The notes: generated by a model not told the origin, from the sequence alone. A DNA stretch of 64,000 nt from Octopus vulgaris (GCA_951406725.2 OX597815.1:132866001-132930000), one strand, 5' to 3'; counted from the first letter of the stretch, positions 13,874 through 27,679 are shown. Translations and numbers: made by a program.

Positions 13874-15681
13874 GTATGTAAAATGGTTTTACATTTTAAT
13901 TTTATACAGTTAGAGAGAATTGTTATTAATTTCATTCTGTGTTTCTCCAGGTCTAGCAAATTCAAAACTTCGCCAGTTGAAATCAGTTTTGTTTGACTAA
14001 AATCTTTTCATCTTAAATACTTCTAATGTTACACTTTCACCTGTTACTGATCTCAACTTCGAAATACCATAGTCACCATGAATTTTCTTCTTCCAATTTG
14101 CCCTTGAATAAAATCCATTCTTCAAATGCTTTTTTCCTTATTATCGAATTTCATGTATGTGACTGGTCAATTCGATAAGGTTTCAGAAATTGCGCCAAGG
14201 GGTTGGAGATTGTCATGTTCTCAAGTGATATAATTGCGTTGTTTACCTGATCGCTTACCTTTCAAAGACTGCATTCAATTGATCTCTTGTATACCTGGAG
14301 AACAACAGAGATTATAATCCCTTGAATCACTACAGGAACAACAGATCTCTAATACTGCTTTTATAATCCAATAGGTTAAAGTATCTCCTACTTTCAAACA
14401 TCAATTGTTTCACCTCATTAAATATCCTACATTACCAGGATGTCATCAATTGCATTTCTTTTTTGCGCCAGTCAGAAAAGTTTTCGATCTAAACCATTCT
14501 TAATTTTTATATCAATGATAAAAGGTTATGTAATAATAATAACATTGTTTTGAGTTTGACAAATCTAAAAGGCGTTATTTCTGAGTATGAAGTGGATTTT
14601 GTCAGATTCAATTCTTTGCTAAAGTCATTAGCAACTAAAGTGAAGAGGAAATGTTTCAAGAGATAATGGAAACCGAATTTTGGACATGTCCTTCAATGGA
14701 TGATATAAGTGGAGTGAAATGACTTTCAAGTAGGAAGCAAAACTGTATTATATATTCTGTTCTCCTAAAGCTTATAGCTTTCTCGGCGGTATTTTCGATT
14801 TTTGATGAAATCGATTGATTACATCAGTTACAGAGACTTTTGGTAATGGAATGGTGCTATTCCTTAAAATTATATCAGCTTATTACTGGTAGTTATTCTA
14901 TTGATATTTGAGTGCTAAAAAGTAAATTATATATCGTTGACATACAGAATTAAAAATTGTATCTTAATATATTCAATTTGTACCGTTCGGTATTTCATCG
15001 ATCTTTACGTCTTGTGTTCAAATTCCACCGAGGTCGACATTTCTGTTCATCTCAACGGGATCGATAAAATAACTAGCAATTGAGCACTGGGGTCAATGTA
15101 ATCGCCTTAACCCAGGGAACATACATTATTTATATTCCAGGGATGGATTTAGACTCTTAAATTTTTCCACATAGTGAATAACCGGCCGCCTGGGGATAGA
15201 AAACACCCGTTCTTGGGATACAAGGATATGGGAGGTAACTCATCTCGAAGTAACTTCCAGAAACTGAGTATCTCCTTTACATCCATTGGTCATAAAAAAA
15301 TTAAATATTACTTTATATATTAGATTCACGTCTTTGAAAGTTTTTCAAAATATTTACTTCAGCTTTTCTAGCGCCAGCAACGTCTATATATCTCTATCTA
15401 TATCTCTCCATCCATATCTCTCTCTGTCTATCTATATCTCTCCATCCATATCTCTCTCTGTCTATCTCTATCTCTCTAAATCTCTGTATCTGGTTCCTTC
15501 GAAACTGGCTCTTTGGTTCACTGACAAATTTCGCTTTAACCCATACAATTCTTTATTTTCTGTAAAAATTTCTTATTGACTTACTGCCCGTCGTATTAGG
15601 AAATATATTATTTTCGCTACCCAGTTATTTTCATTGTTTACTATCTTCTGCGCCCGTGTATTTCTGTATACGTATATAATC

Positions 15682-16018
15682 ATGCCTAGAAGGAAAGTGT
15701 CAAATTTGTCTACAATGTCAAGGTCGGCCAAAATGATGTCTCTGTGCAGGGGAAAAGCGACATGAGCAGAAAGGGAAGCGTACCAAGAAACGAACAGATT
15801 GTGCACTACAAAAGCTAGAGTATCACAAAATGATGAAGAGAGGTATGCCCGGCTGACAAGGAATAAGATCTCAACTGTAGTTGCAACAGCTCAGAGAAGC
15901 AAATTGTATGAAGCAGCTTTTAATTATGAACCATCAGTTCATTAAGCAGATGACACTAGAGTTGCCATTGGTGCAAAGACATCTGAGTGCATACATTGTA
16001 AAGCAAGCAAGTGCCCTG
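15682..16018 (+). pseudogene. Helitron RepHel N-terminal fragment, degenerate
   Basis: MPRRKVSNLSTMSRSAKMM...EERYARL...AAFNYEPSVH*ADDTRVAIGAKTSECIHCKASKC, resembling the AFNY..IG.M...CxxCxA start of RepHel proteins. Two in-frame stops. Confidence 0.7.
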
Positions 16019-18057
16019 TTAATCATTCTTAATGATTCATTACATTTACAAAAGAATAATCAGTGGGATTGGAAATCAAATGTAGATTTACGAAAATAAA
16101 CTTTAAAGTATTATATAGAGAATCTGAGTTCACCAATACACAGCCTAGACATTCTAAGTCCAAAAAATTTCCTTTTTTCTATATGAATGAAAACGCAAGG
16201 AATTTATTCATAAAATTTGCCAGATGCTTCAAATGATCTTCAGTCTTTTAAATGAAATTATGTGTGGAATTTGAACACGTGAACTGTGTCACAGCGTCCA
16301 GAACTATTATATGTGCAAATGAGAAACACAATCATTTAATGTTAGACCGAAAAAAAACTATCAAAATTTTGTATGGGAGAGTTTCAGACACCATAGAACC
16401 TGATCAGTATGTATTCCCAACTGCGGAAAATTAGATCTTATCCTGGGCCAAATAAAAGCGCACTACATTTTTTTTTAAATAATATACTTCTGCTTATGCT
16501 GCTACTTTCAAAGATACCTAAAATATTGATTTCATATTTTGGCAAAAGGCCATTAATTTCTGACCTCAGCGAGATTCGAACTCAGAACGATACCTAAAAT
16601 ATCAAGTATACAAGATCTGCGAATCGGAAAGAAAATATATCTGTTGTGCTTTGTGCTCGAACACAATACTTTTCATTCAAATACTCTACCGATTATGTCA
16701 ATACCATTCAATACAATAGAGTACAAAATGAAAATTGAAATACCCAGGACATGTGCGAAAATTATTGCATTTTTATTACGAGTGTATTGACAACAAAGTT
16801 TAGTTTGTCGAGAAATATAGAAATTAGCTTTAAAATAAACCAGATGTTTCATTTGTCACGGGCTTTTTAAGTTATAAACAAATAAAACATAGTGTATTAC
16901 CCGGATATTCGACAGACTCATGAAAAGGTAGTTTTCATGAAAAGAACTTCATCTGAACATGTAGAGAAGATTAAAAACGAATGATGAAATTCACCTAATT
17001 AATATACCTAGATGAAAAACCTCAATTTCTCTAAGTAGCATACTTGTAAAATTGATATGGTTACTTGTAGTAACCTTTTACCATATAGATGGATAACTAG
17101 TTTATTATACAATTAAATAAGAAAATCGATTAATTATATATTCAAATTTCAAGCTTACAAAAGTAGCACAATAACTTTTGAAAATATTGAATAAGTTACG
17201 TTTTTCTATAAATTTATATACTTTGCCATGTTTGAATAGAATTATATTCATGTATCTGTTAAAAGAAAGATTGTTTCAATAAAATATTCACACTTTAACT
17301 TTCTTCGACTATTTCATCAATACAAAACCTAGATTCATAGATTCAACATATATGTCGTGTTTTCTTCCTCAATCAAATGCAAAGGTATTTATAAACAAAA
17401 CACGTGAGATGGATTAAATGTTCTTAACATCATTTCTCGTCTGACATTTGAACATATAAAACTTGCTACGATATCCAGAGATATTGCACGTGTAAGCGAT
17501 ATGCAAACTAATTCAATACAGTGCTCCAAAGTATTGCATTTTGTATGGAAATGATTCAGAAACCCGGAATCCGATCAGTGTGTTAGGAAACTGGGCAATT
17601 TATGGGTTATATAAAAACGAACGAAACTGTTTATACATGTTTTTTAATGTAATAATTCTCCATAGGCCAATAGTTCCAAATTTGCCTAAAATGCAATGTG
17701 TAACAGTCTGATGTTTCTTTTATGATGAATAAGAATTGATTACAGCTGTTCTAAGTTATATTTTGTAGTGAAAGGTGTGTTGCTTAAAAAGACATATGTA
17801 TTACTGGTGAAACACGAATTGTAACTCGTTGGGATTTGGAAACAAAAATAAGCAGCGAAAATTGTTCTGTTTTGTTTTGATATATTTAATATAGAACTCT
17901 ACTGTTTTGAAACCGAATGCGTGTCTGCTCTTGTTTGAACACGTTTTCTTAAAGGTAACCCACAAAGTCTTTAAACTTTATATGTGTGCACATGCGTATG
18001 AGGAGAGATTGCAAATTCCTCGTGCATGAATTTGCTGTACAAATACTATTTTATCAC

Positions 18058-18360
18058 TAGTCACTTTGCTGATGTGTGACGTCAGAGAGATAGGCCTATA
18101 GTTTTGGGCATCTGCTCTGCTTCCCCCTTAATGGATTGGGCATATAATTCCCTCCTTCAACTTGCTTGGCAGTCTGCCATTTGCAAGAAAGCTCTGGAAG
18201 AGAATCTGGAATGGTTTTGCCAGGGAATGCTTACACGATTTGAGAAGGATTGCTGAGAAACCGTCAGGACCAGCAGTTGAGTTTGTGTCCACTTCATCTA
18301 TAGCTAGTAGTATATCTTCTTCGCTAATGTCGATGTATTCCATCGTAACTGCCACGCTGG
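18058..18360 (-). mobile_element. CR1-group LINE reverse transcriptase N-terminal fragment
   Basis: IDISEEDILLAIDEVDTNSTAGPDGFSAILLKSC...GIICPIH*GGSRADAQNYRPISLTSHISKV (GPDG and NYRPISLTS motifs). Confidence 0.85.
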
Positions 18361-18422
18361 TTATAGGTGAGGCGAACCGGTTAGTAAGGAGAGACACAAA
18401 TAAGAAAGAAGAAAACAAAGGA

Positions 18423-18462
18423 CCACTGATGCGGTCACAGGAGTGTGACGAAAGAACTCTGG
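18423..18462 (+). ncRNA. Minimal type I hammerhead-like motif (A9 changed to C)
   Basis: CCA CUGAUGC G GUCACA-ggag-UGUGAC GAAA G-aa-C UC UGG: 3-bp stem I, perfect 6-bp stem II, one core mismatch. Confidence 0.6.
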
Positions 18463-18592
18463 CCGAAATAAGATTAAGATTAATGTAAAAAATAAATAAC
18501 ACTGAAGCAAAATAACACCAAATATATAGTGCGTGTGTTTTTATTGACTAAACTGGCAAAATGACCATTCCGAAATATAACTATATATATAT

Positions 18593-18673
<81 letters not shown>

Positions 18674-18782
18674 TTATTAGAGACAAAACCACTATTTTGC
18701 AAAACAAACAAGGAAAGACTTAATTAATACATAAAATTTTAATAAATAGTCAAAATTTGGATTTATTCCTAATATTTATTAT

Positions 18783-18813
<31 letters not shown>

Positions 18814-19923
18814 ATGTATGTATATATATATTTGTATGTATGTATGTATGTATGTATGTATGTGTAAAGATAACAACGAAATCTTGAGGAAATGGAATCC
18901 ACCTCAATCACTGTTCCTACTTCGATTTATATTCATTACGATACAAAGGTGCTGATTGTATATTTTTCACTAAGACCTTAGTGGGAAAATCGTTTTGAGC
19001 CCTTGCAATATTTAGTTTTACCCACTACATTCCGATTTCAAATGCCATCATCGTTATAAATTGTATTTAGTTTAATTGTTCAAAATCGCCGTCAATTAAA
19101 TGGATTTCATTTCCTTTAATATAATAATAATAATTAAGGTGGTGAGCTGAGAGAATCCTTAACACACCGGACGAAATGATGAGCGGCATTTCATCCCTCT
19201 TTACGTTCTGAGTTGCCTTTCATTCTTTCGGGCGGTGGCGATAAAATAAGTACCCAGAAAGTGCTGACCTCGTACCAAAATTTGAAACTAATATGATATG
19301 AAAATTTTGACACGATTACAGTAACACCCTGTGCCAAGATAAACAATACGAAAATTCCTGATCAAATCTTGCGATCAGCCATATTGTGTGAGAAGTCAGA
19401 GTGAAAGTAAACAAGATTTTAAAATGTGTCTCACTAAGATTAAACAATCAGTTTTCAGACTAGCTATATAGCTTATTATAAGTTCTAAAGTATATTTTCC
19501 AACTACATCATTTATAAGTAAGTTTCACTAACGTTTATAATAACTATTGCTATTTTAATGTGCAAGGCCAGCAATTTTAAGAGTTAGTCGATACCTCCAA
19601 TCCCAGCAATTGACTGGTATTATAATTTATCGACTCCAAAAGGAATAGAAGGTAAGATTAAGCTACGAAGGAGTTAAACTCAGAACCAAAAGTCGGGGGA
19701 AATAACACGGAAGTTCTGCCAAAATACAAGTAAATACAAGTTCTGCCAAAATACAAGTAAATCCCTACAAACATTCATAATAACACGCTAAACATATTGG
19801 AACGTGTGTAAAAGAGGCCTACCTTCCATTCATGACAGCCTATTAATCTCTTTCACCTTGATTGGTTAATTATAACCAGCATTTTAATGTGAGTGAATCT
19901 AAGTCTGCTAAGATTAAGACGTA

Positions 19924-20487
19924 CGAGGTTTAGTCAAAAAGTAATGCCATTTTGTTTAGAACAGGTATAATTACCAACACAGGAACATGTATCATAGATC
20001 AAAAGGAAGCTGGTCCTCTGATTCACATCCCTACTTCTCAACATTGTCACCGTTTCTCTCAATAGCAATGTTCCACTTTCAAATAAGAGCATGTATCCCT
20101 GCCCCGTAAAATTCTGTTGACTGTTCTTTGAGACACTTCTTCACTATAGTTTTCACTTCCTCGTCACTGGACTATCATCGTCACTGGATTATCATCTCTT
20201 CGGCCCCATGAAAGAGGGTTTGAGAGGCAAACATTATTCCAGTGACGAGGAAGTGAAAACTGTAGTGAAGAAGTGGCTCAAAGAACAGTCAACAGAATTT
20301 TACGGGGCAGGGATACATGCTCTCATTCGAAGGTGGAACATTGCTATTGAGAGAAGCGGTGACTATGTTGAGAAGAGGTGATGTGATCCACAGAGGACCG
20401 GCTTCATTTTGATGTAGGATACATGTTCCTGTGTTGGTAATTATACCTGTCCTAAACAAAATGGCATTACTTTTTGACTCACCCTCG
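19924..20487. mobile_element. Mariner-derived fold-back MITE made of two inverted 3' ends
   Basis: TA on both sides. Arms ~19924-20171 and ~20238-20487 are inverted copies. The right part encodes DYHLFGPMKEGLRGKHYSSDEEVKTVVKKWLKEQSTEFYGAGIHALIRRWNIAIERSGDYVEK (mariner transposase C-terminus). Confidence 0.9.
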
Positions 20488-21288
20488 TAGAAATTAATTG
20501 TGGAGTTTACGAAACTTTAAAAATATATAAATTTGTACATTACGTCATGTTCTTACTTAAAAAAGCCATAATAAAGAAAGCATTATTAAGGAAACATGGC
20601 ATGTGTAAAGCATGAATATGGCTACAAATAAATTAGAATGAAATTATTTAGTCATAATAGTAACATATGAACTAATGGAATCTAAAAGAAATTTCGGTGT
20701 GAAGAACGGGAAGTCAGTGTTAGAGATGATTGCAATTCTGAGACTTGGTGTAAATATACTGAAAGAATATTATTTTGTAGAGGAAGCGTTACAATTTGGA
20801 GAATAATGTACCAAGGTTATTTCAGTATAAGTAAAGCTTTTAAAAAATTATACATGGTATATTAACAACAAATTCGATGAATGTTAACACAGGCTATAAA
20901 TTTCTACGTTTTAATGGATGTATCTCAATTGTCAGGTGGGTGTTAGGAAGTAAGTACCTAAGACAGGAAATATAAAAAGGTGCTTTAACTGTAGTTGTCT
21001 CCATATCTAAGTGTGTATGATGATATAGAATAATCAGTGGGAATAAATTAGCGTTCAGTTTAAGTGGTGAAGGTTAAGAGATATATGTCATTAAAAGTTA
21101 TACGAAGATGGGAAGTTAAGAAGTGCCCTAACCCCGCTGCCTTTATGCTTAAAACTGTAGCAGTGAATCAAACATTAACCAATGATTCTTTAGTAGATGG
21201 CTTAAAGATACAAGAAATGATAGTACGTTATTAAAAGTAGTTAGTCGTGTCAAGAAAATAGACGTTGAAGAAATGATCAATAGAAATA

Positions 21289-21670
21289 TTCTTTTCTACT
21301 CTAGGCACAAGGCCCAAAATTTGTGGGGGGGAAACCAGTCGATTAAGTACGCAACTGGTACTTAATTTATCGACCACGAAAGGATGAAACGCAAAGTCGA
21401 CCTCAGCGGAATTTGAACTCACAACGTAAAGACAGACCAAATACCTATTTCTTTACTACCCACAAGGGGCTAAACACAGAGAGTACAAAGGACAGACAAA
21501 CGGATTAAGTCGATTACATCGACCCCAGTGCGTAACTGGTACTTAATTTATCGACCCCAGAAGGATGAAAGGCAAAGTTGACCTCGGTGGAATTTGAACT
21601 CAGAACGTAACGGCAAACGAAATACGGCTACGCATTTCGCCCGGCGTGCTAACGATTCTGCCAGCTCGCC
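21289..21670 (-). mobile_element. SINE family A dimer
   Basis: Two B-box plus core units, with tail GGCCTTGTGCCTAGAGTAGAAAAGAA on the minus strand. Confidence 0.88.
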
Positions 21671-22088
21671 GTCTTGGTCAATAAAAATATTATAATGGAG
21701 TTTGTTACATACAGGACAACCATTCAGAGAAGTAAAGTATGAAAGAAAATTTTGTAAGCTAAACTTAGTAATTAAAATTATGAATTGTAAAACGTGAGAT
21801 ATATGCAGCTGACACATGTACCCACATGTACACGAACGCAAGTCCTCACGCATAGCTGATACGCAATCGACACCCAAACGCCAGTGTACACGCACGCGCT
21901 CCCACACACTACCCACACAGTAGATATACACGTACAGGCATCAGATACCCACATGCACACACACACACACACACACCCTCACCATGCATACCAAACTCGC
22001 TAAAGTCCCTTCAAGAGCCACCAGACAGCGAGGAAGTAGTTGAAGATTCGGTTTGCTTAAGTGCTTGTGGATTATTTACTATGTATTT

Positions 22089-23030
22089 CCTTCAGGGGAC
22101 GGCTAGGCCTGCTTTGCTTCGTGCCACCAAACCACAATGACAGGTAAGGTTTCCATCTCGAGGAGCAGTGTTTTTCCAGCGTGCTCTCATGCTTGCACGA
22201 AGACGGTTCTGGTGTTGGCGTCGATTACGCTCAAAATTTTTAACAGACGGGGAGCAGATCTGGTGCCAGGTCCTGCTTTCTGATACTTTATTTTGCCAAG
22301 AAGAAAAGGGAATGTTGCATCGTTTCAGATTATCTTTTAGTTTGTATTTGAAGCGCAAGCTTGACCTTCCAACTGAACTTCCTATTGGAAATTAGCCAAA
22401 GGGAAATTGCTTCGGAATTCTGATATCACTCAAACTTGAGAAATGACCTGACCTTCTAAGCTGAATTTTGATGAGGATGGCTACAAAACCTGATTTGTTG
22501 CATTTTGTAAGTACCTCACTGTTATGAACATGGTCTCTCGGTTTTATGTTGGAGATAGTATGCAAGCATCACATATGAAAAGCGTGAAGCTGATAGATGT
22601 CCTTTCGGTAAAAAGTCCAAGATTCAGCACCATAAAACAATATTGTCATGACCACTAACTTATATACATTAACTTCAGCGATACGCCATGGTTGTTCCAT
22701 AGTCTGTGAAAAAGCTTACCGAAGCGAAGCTAGACTTTCTGATTCTGAATTCGATTTCTTTGTCAATCTTCGTATCATTTGACACAATGGAATCAAGATA
22801 AGTGAAGGAGGAAACAGTTTTTAATGTTTTCCTATAAACATATACAGTAGGAGCAACAGCGGGAAGATGGTCACGAATAGGCTGATGGACAAGCTCAGTT
22901 TTCTTGATGCTGATGGTCAGACCAAAGGCCTTCGATGCAGGCGAAAAGTAGTTGAGAATTCGTTCCATGTCCTCAAGCAAGTGTGCTACAAATGCACAAT
23001 CGTCTCCGGAGATCAAATCTCGAACTGTTT
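22089..23030 (-). mobile_element. RTE-clade LINE, 5'-truncated and degenerate
   Basis: GDDCAFVAH...SKAFGLTISIKKTE...FTYLDS...IDKEIEFRIRK, LFYGAESWT and LRFKYKLKDNLK...CHCGLVARSKAGL. Several frameshifts. Confidence 0.88.
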
Positions 23031-23139
23031 ACACCTAAGTCATAGTTTTTGCTTTCGAGATGATCATTTTTTTCTTTTGCCAAATAAACACACGAACTAT
23101 ATATTCGTTCTACACTTGTTTATTACTGTTCTCATTTTA

Positions 23140-23985
23140 ATTCACGTCCATTGTATTTTTTGGCGAGTGTTGTAGATTTACTAAGTTTATCGTATCTAAA
23201 AGAATAGAGGTGAGCGGTATATCGTTGCTTAAAATTCTTGGTTGATCCTATGTATATGGCTGTAGAGTTGTGTAATAGATTAAGGACAGTGCATTTGTAA
23301 ATTACATTATATTCTCTGCAATGGTTCCAGGACGGCCGTTACAATTAGGTAAATTTTGCGGATTGTGTTCAGGGATGGAGGAGGTAACATTGTCAGAGGA
23401 GAGGTTAGAAAAGGGTGTAGAAAAGTCTAGGCTATTAGTATTATTAACGTTATCATTACCATCCTTGTTATTATTACTATTGTTGCTATTAATTGTTCTA
23501 TTTGTAAGAGTGGTAGAGATTGTGGTGGTGTTCCGGGCAGTGCCAAGTAGGATAGGTTGGGCTGTAGTTGTGGTCTAATGTAAGGGTATCTGTACTGGAG
23601 CTGTGTGTATGTTGAGCGATCGTATGACTAGAGTTGTAATTATGTGAGTTTTGATAGTAAAGAGAAGGTTTTTGCTTATTAGAGGCTGCTACAACAGATT
23701 TGAAATTGGGTGGGGCAGAATAAGATAGTTGTAGAGGATCTATTAAAGATAGAATGAAATTTATGTTGCAGAGGGAAGTTAGAGTCTAGTATTTTAAAGA
23801 AGGATTTAGCTAAGTTCTTAATCTTAAGTGAGAATGGGGGGTGTACCACAGAATAGAGTGTCCGCCGCTTTTTAGGGGGTGTCTGGGAGTGGTGCTATCT
23901 ATGTTTTTAGATAAAGGAGTGCTATCTATATTTTTGGAGGATGAGATGAGTGGCAAGGCCTGGTGTTGTTTGCTAATTTAGTTGT
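23140..23985 (-). mobile_element. Penelope-like element 3' fragment (linker plus C-terminal GIY-YIG), possibly Nematis-type
   Basis: ILWYTPPFSLKIKNLAKSFFKILDSNFPLQHKFHSIFNR and NVIYKCTV...YIGSTKNFKQRYTAHLYSF...STTLAK. An inverted hammerhead-bearing end follows at 24000-24130. Confidence 0.8.
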
Positions 23986-24070
23986 TCTATAAATACATTC
24001 CAAACTGTAACCACATGTGAAACGTTGACGATTTTCTTCCTCCGTCTTCCTTTCTATTGTACTTTGCTCT

Positions 24071-24105
24071 ATTTCTGAAGAAGACCGTTGCTCGAAACGT
24101 TAAAT
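24071..24105 (+). ncRNA. Minimal type I hammerhead-like motif, core boxes intact
   Basis: AUUU CUGAAGA A GAcC-guu-GcUC GAAA CGUU AAAU: 4-bp stem I, one mismatch in stem II, palindromic AACGUU. At a PLE end. Confidence 0.6.
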
Positions 24106-24130
24106 TATATTTCTTTCCTTCCCTGAACAT

Positions 24131-24193
<63 letters not shown>

Positions 24194-24235
24194 TACAAAC
24201 ATCTACATTAACACGTTGATTTATTTTCGTTATAG

Positions 24236-24351
24236 GATTTATGAATGTAGCCAATGGCAAGAACTGGATAATCATTGCCCTCAAACTCTGCCGAAATGTC
24301 TGGACAGAATGGTTATGGCATCAGTTGACGATACGATATACTTTATCGGAG
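24236..24351 (+). CDS. Kelch-repeat protein, internal exon
   Basis: Acceptor ttattttcgttatAG, donor G|GTTAGC. 116 nt, phase 2 to phase 1, matching the previous exon. Reads IYECSQWQELDNHCPQTLPKCLDRMVMASVDDTIYFIG(G). Confidence 0.88.
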
Positions 24352-24569
24352 GTTAGCTTTATTATATTAAATATCGTTTCGTTTTTATTTTCATCATCAC
24401 GTTTTCAGTTTTAAGTATTACAGGTTAGGCTACCATTGCTTATTCATTGCTTTATCAAGAAGAATAAACATGTTGTGTAGGTGTCGACAGCCTTTTTTAT
24501 CTAGTCCATACCGCAGAAACTATGCTTGCAATGGTAGGCATCATTCATTTATTCATCTGTTCCTTTATT

Positions 24570-24895
24570 TTCTTATTTGTTTCAATCATTTGACTACGGC
24601 CATGCTGGAACATTGCATTTAGTCACAGAAATCTCCCCAGGACTTATTCTTTGCAAGCCTATTACTTATTCTATCGGTCTCTTTGCCAAACCACTACTTT
24701 ATGGGGATGTAAACGCACCAAAATCGGTTGTCAAGCGATGGTGGGGGCGCGAGAACACACACATACATAAATAAAGACATATATACGACATGTTTCTTCC
24801 AGTTTCCGTCAACCAAATCCTAAGGTGCCACGCAGTGGGACTGAACATGGAACCATGTGGTTGGGAAGCAAGCTCCTTACTACAGAGTTACACCT
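24570..24895 (-). mobile_element. SINE family B, degenerate
   Basis: Matches 7006-7257 and 29578-29965. An opposite-strand tail piece follows at ~25020-25085. Confidence 0.75.
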
Positions 24896-25122
24896 GGTCC
24901 TATTAACTTTTATATAGATATATATATATATGATTTGTAATGGGGGCGGCTTGAACAAGTATTGTCTACTATACCACCAGGGAACTGTGTAGAACCCCTT
25001 ACATGAATATGGAATCGATTTCTTCAGCTAAAGGCGGTGCTCCAGCATGGCTGCAATCAATTAACTGAAACAAGTAAAAGAATAAAAAAAATAAGATAGA
25101 TAAATATATACAGAAATAGATA

Positions 25123-25266
<144 letters not shown>

Positions 25267-26889
25267 CATAATGTATATCAATCGAAGTGTACAGTATTTT
25301 ACATCCATTACGGCCGATCTTACAACTTGGTTTCGCACTAGGGGTTCAACGGTGTGTTAGGTAACAATTTGATTATGTAGTCCTGCTCTCTTCAGAGGTA
25401 GCCTAAAAGAATGAAATATGGCGACTGCCATATACTGTATATATACTTAACAAAAATAAGAATGGAGAAAATCACATCTTTAATTGGTAATTACACCATA
25501 CAATACCGACGATCGTTTTTGTTGCGTCGGCATATCTAGATCCTGAAAATTTTAGTCAAATTAATATATCCGCAAATATATATTAACACAACTTTAGCAA
25601 TCCAAAATAGGTTAATTCAACGGGAACTAAGAAAATATTTCTAGTAGACAAACGATTATAAAAAGAGCGACAAGAAAGAATGTAAAATTCGAAGGAAAGC
25701 TAGTTATTTAACTTTTGATGATGGCAGTAGGTAACGAAATAAAAAAAAAGATTAACTTAGGAACTCTACGTTATAATAATTAGAAACAGAGAGTCTACGT
25801 CACAACAATTAGTTATCTATCTACTGATTAGGCTAAACATTATGTATGTACATATATATTCATTAAATTTAGATTTTAACTAGTTATATTCTATTTCAAT
25901 ATGTTCAATTTGAAAGTGTTCTTCTGCAGTATTTACTTCCATATCAAATGATGTCCTAAATAGTTTGAAATTACCTGTATAGACACGAATATCATTAAAG
26001 TAAGGTGGGGAAAGGGCAGTTAAATTATGGATCCCAGTCATAAATACGTTATTACAAATATGTTATACCCAGTCGATATTCCCAATGTTGTAGTTTTGTT
26101 TAAAATACGAGTACTCGTACGTGTCATCTATAAATTGATTTTTACCCCCTAAAGCTGTAAACACATAGTGTTAAAGATCTTAAATCAATTATAAATGTCA
26201 GTCAGGACAACATTTGGAGTCAGGAAATTTTGACATTTACGTTTTTTATTCTTGTGGTGTGTGGTTTTTACTTCTCAAAACTCTATACATCTTTCATGCA
26301 TGTCTCTTCGGCGTGATTACGCTGTATTACCTAGGTTAATTGTCTACTGCAGCTAATCGGAACAGCATTAATTGTTTTAGGAATATTAATACTGCTTTCT
26401 GAACGAAAATAACGTTTTTCTCTTCTATTCATTGCTTGAAGAATATTGTTGCGTATAACATTGCTCATAGTCTTTATTTTAAATGATTTTACTCTTAGAT
26501 GACAAACATATAATGAAACAATCTATCATGATCATCTGGAATTTATGTTATCAAATTTAATTTAGATAAATGCGAACATATTATTCTTTATTATATTAGA
26601 ATTATTGATTCATATTTAACAAATTGAATTACGTTCCGAAATGTAGAAACAGTAATTTCAAAATATATAGTTATTGTTTCATAACTGAAACAAAGGAATA
26701 AAGATATAATTTGTTACACATATTTCCTAGATGGCACTCCATGAATCATTAAATGAACAATAGATAACATCAGCAAATATTTTCTGGAATTCCACTGAGT
26801 TATCTATATGGCTTTTTTCCATTGTAAATCTTTGTAGAAGTATATACTTGGACTCAGGTAAAAGAGCGAGATAGGCTATCATATAATGA

Positions 26890-27274
26890 TTTTTTTCTAC
26901 ATTAAGCACAAGGCCCGAAATTTGGGTGTGGGAGACAGTCGATTAGATTAAACCCAGTTCGCAATTTATCGACCCCGAAAGAATGAATGGCAAAGTCGAC
27001 CTCAGCGGAATTTGAAATCAGAACGTAAAGACAGACCAAATATATATTTCTTTACTACCCACAAGGGGCTAAACACAGAGAGGACAAACAAGGACAGAAA
27101 AACGGATTACGTCGATTATATCGACTCCAGTGCGTAACTGGTACTTATTTAATCGACCCCGAAAGGATGAAAGGCGAAGTCGACCGCGGCGGAATTTGAA
27201 CTCAGAACGTAACGGCAGGCGAAATAGCGCTAAGCATTTCGGCCAGCGTACTAATGTTTCTGCCAGCTCGCCGC
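26890..27274 (-). mobile_element. SINE family A dimer
   Basis: Same structure as 21289-21670. Confidence 0.88.
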
Positions 27275-27308
27275 TATTTAATCATTTCAGTATTATGAAC
27301 CATTTTAA

Positions 27309-27495
27309 GATGGCGAGATGGCAGAATCGTTAGCATGCGACAAAATGCTTAACGACTTTTCGTCCGTCTTTACGTTCTGAGTTCAAATTCCTCAGAGGTG
27401 GATTTTGCCGGGTCGGAACACAATTGAACACTGAGTTCATTGCACCCACCTCACCAGAAATTACTGGCTTCGTGTCAAATTTGTAAACCAGTATT
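27309..27495 (+). mobile_element. SINE family A monomer, head-to-head with the previous copy
   Basis: GGCGAGATGGCAGAATCGTTAGC...GTTCTGAGTTCAAATTCC head with a deleted core. Confidence 0.75.
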
Positions 27496-27637
27496 ACGAA
27501 ACATTTAAAAATATATCTTAAATTTTAGCTTAATTGGTTATTGGTATTTCATATATGTGTATCTGCGATTTTGTATTTGTGTATGTGTGTGGTTTTTAAC
27601 GTGTGTGTGTGTGTGTGTGTGTGATAGAGAGAGAGAG

Positions 27638-27679
<42 letters not shown>

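Noticed and set aside
17522-17606. Open phase-2 frame in the first intron (APKYCILYGND...)
   Set aside because: Weak donor and acceptor, and inserting it would break the blade spacing that the direct 13873-24236 splice already satisfies.
19711-19764. 27-bp tandem duplication; another short one at ~13256-13297
   Set aside because: Ordinary slippage duplications with no further structure.
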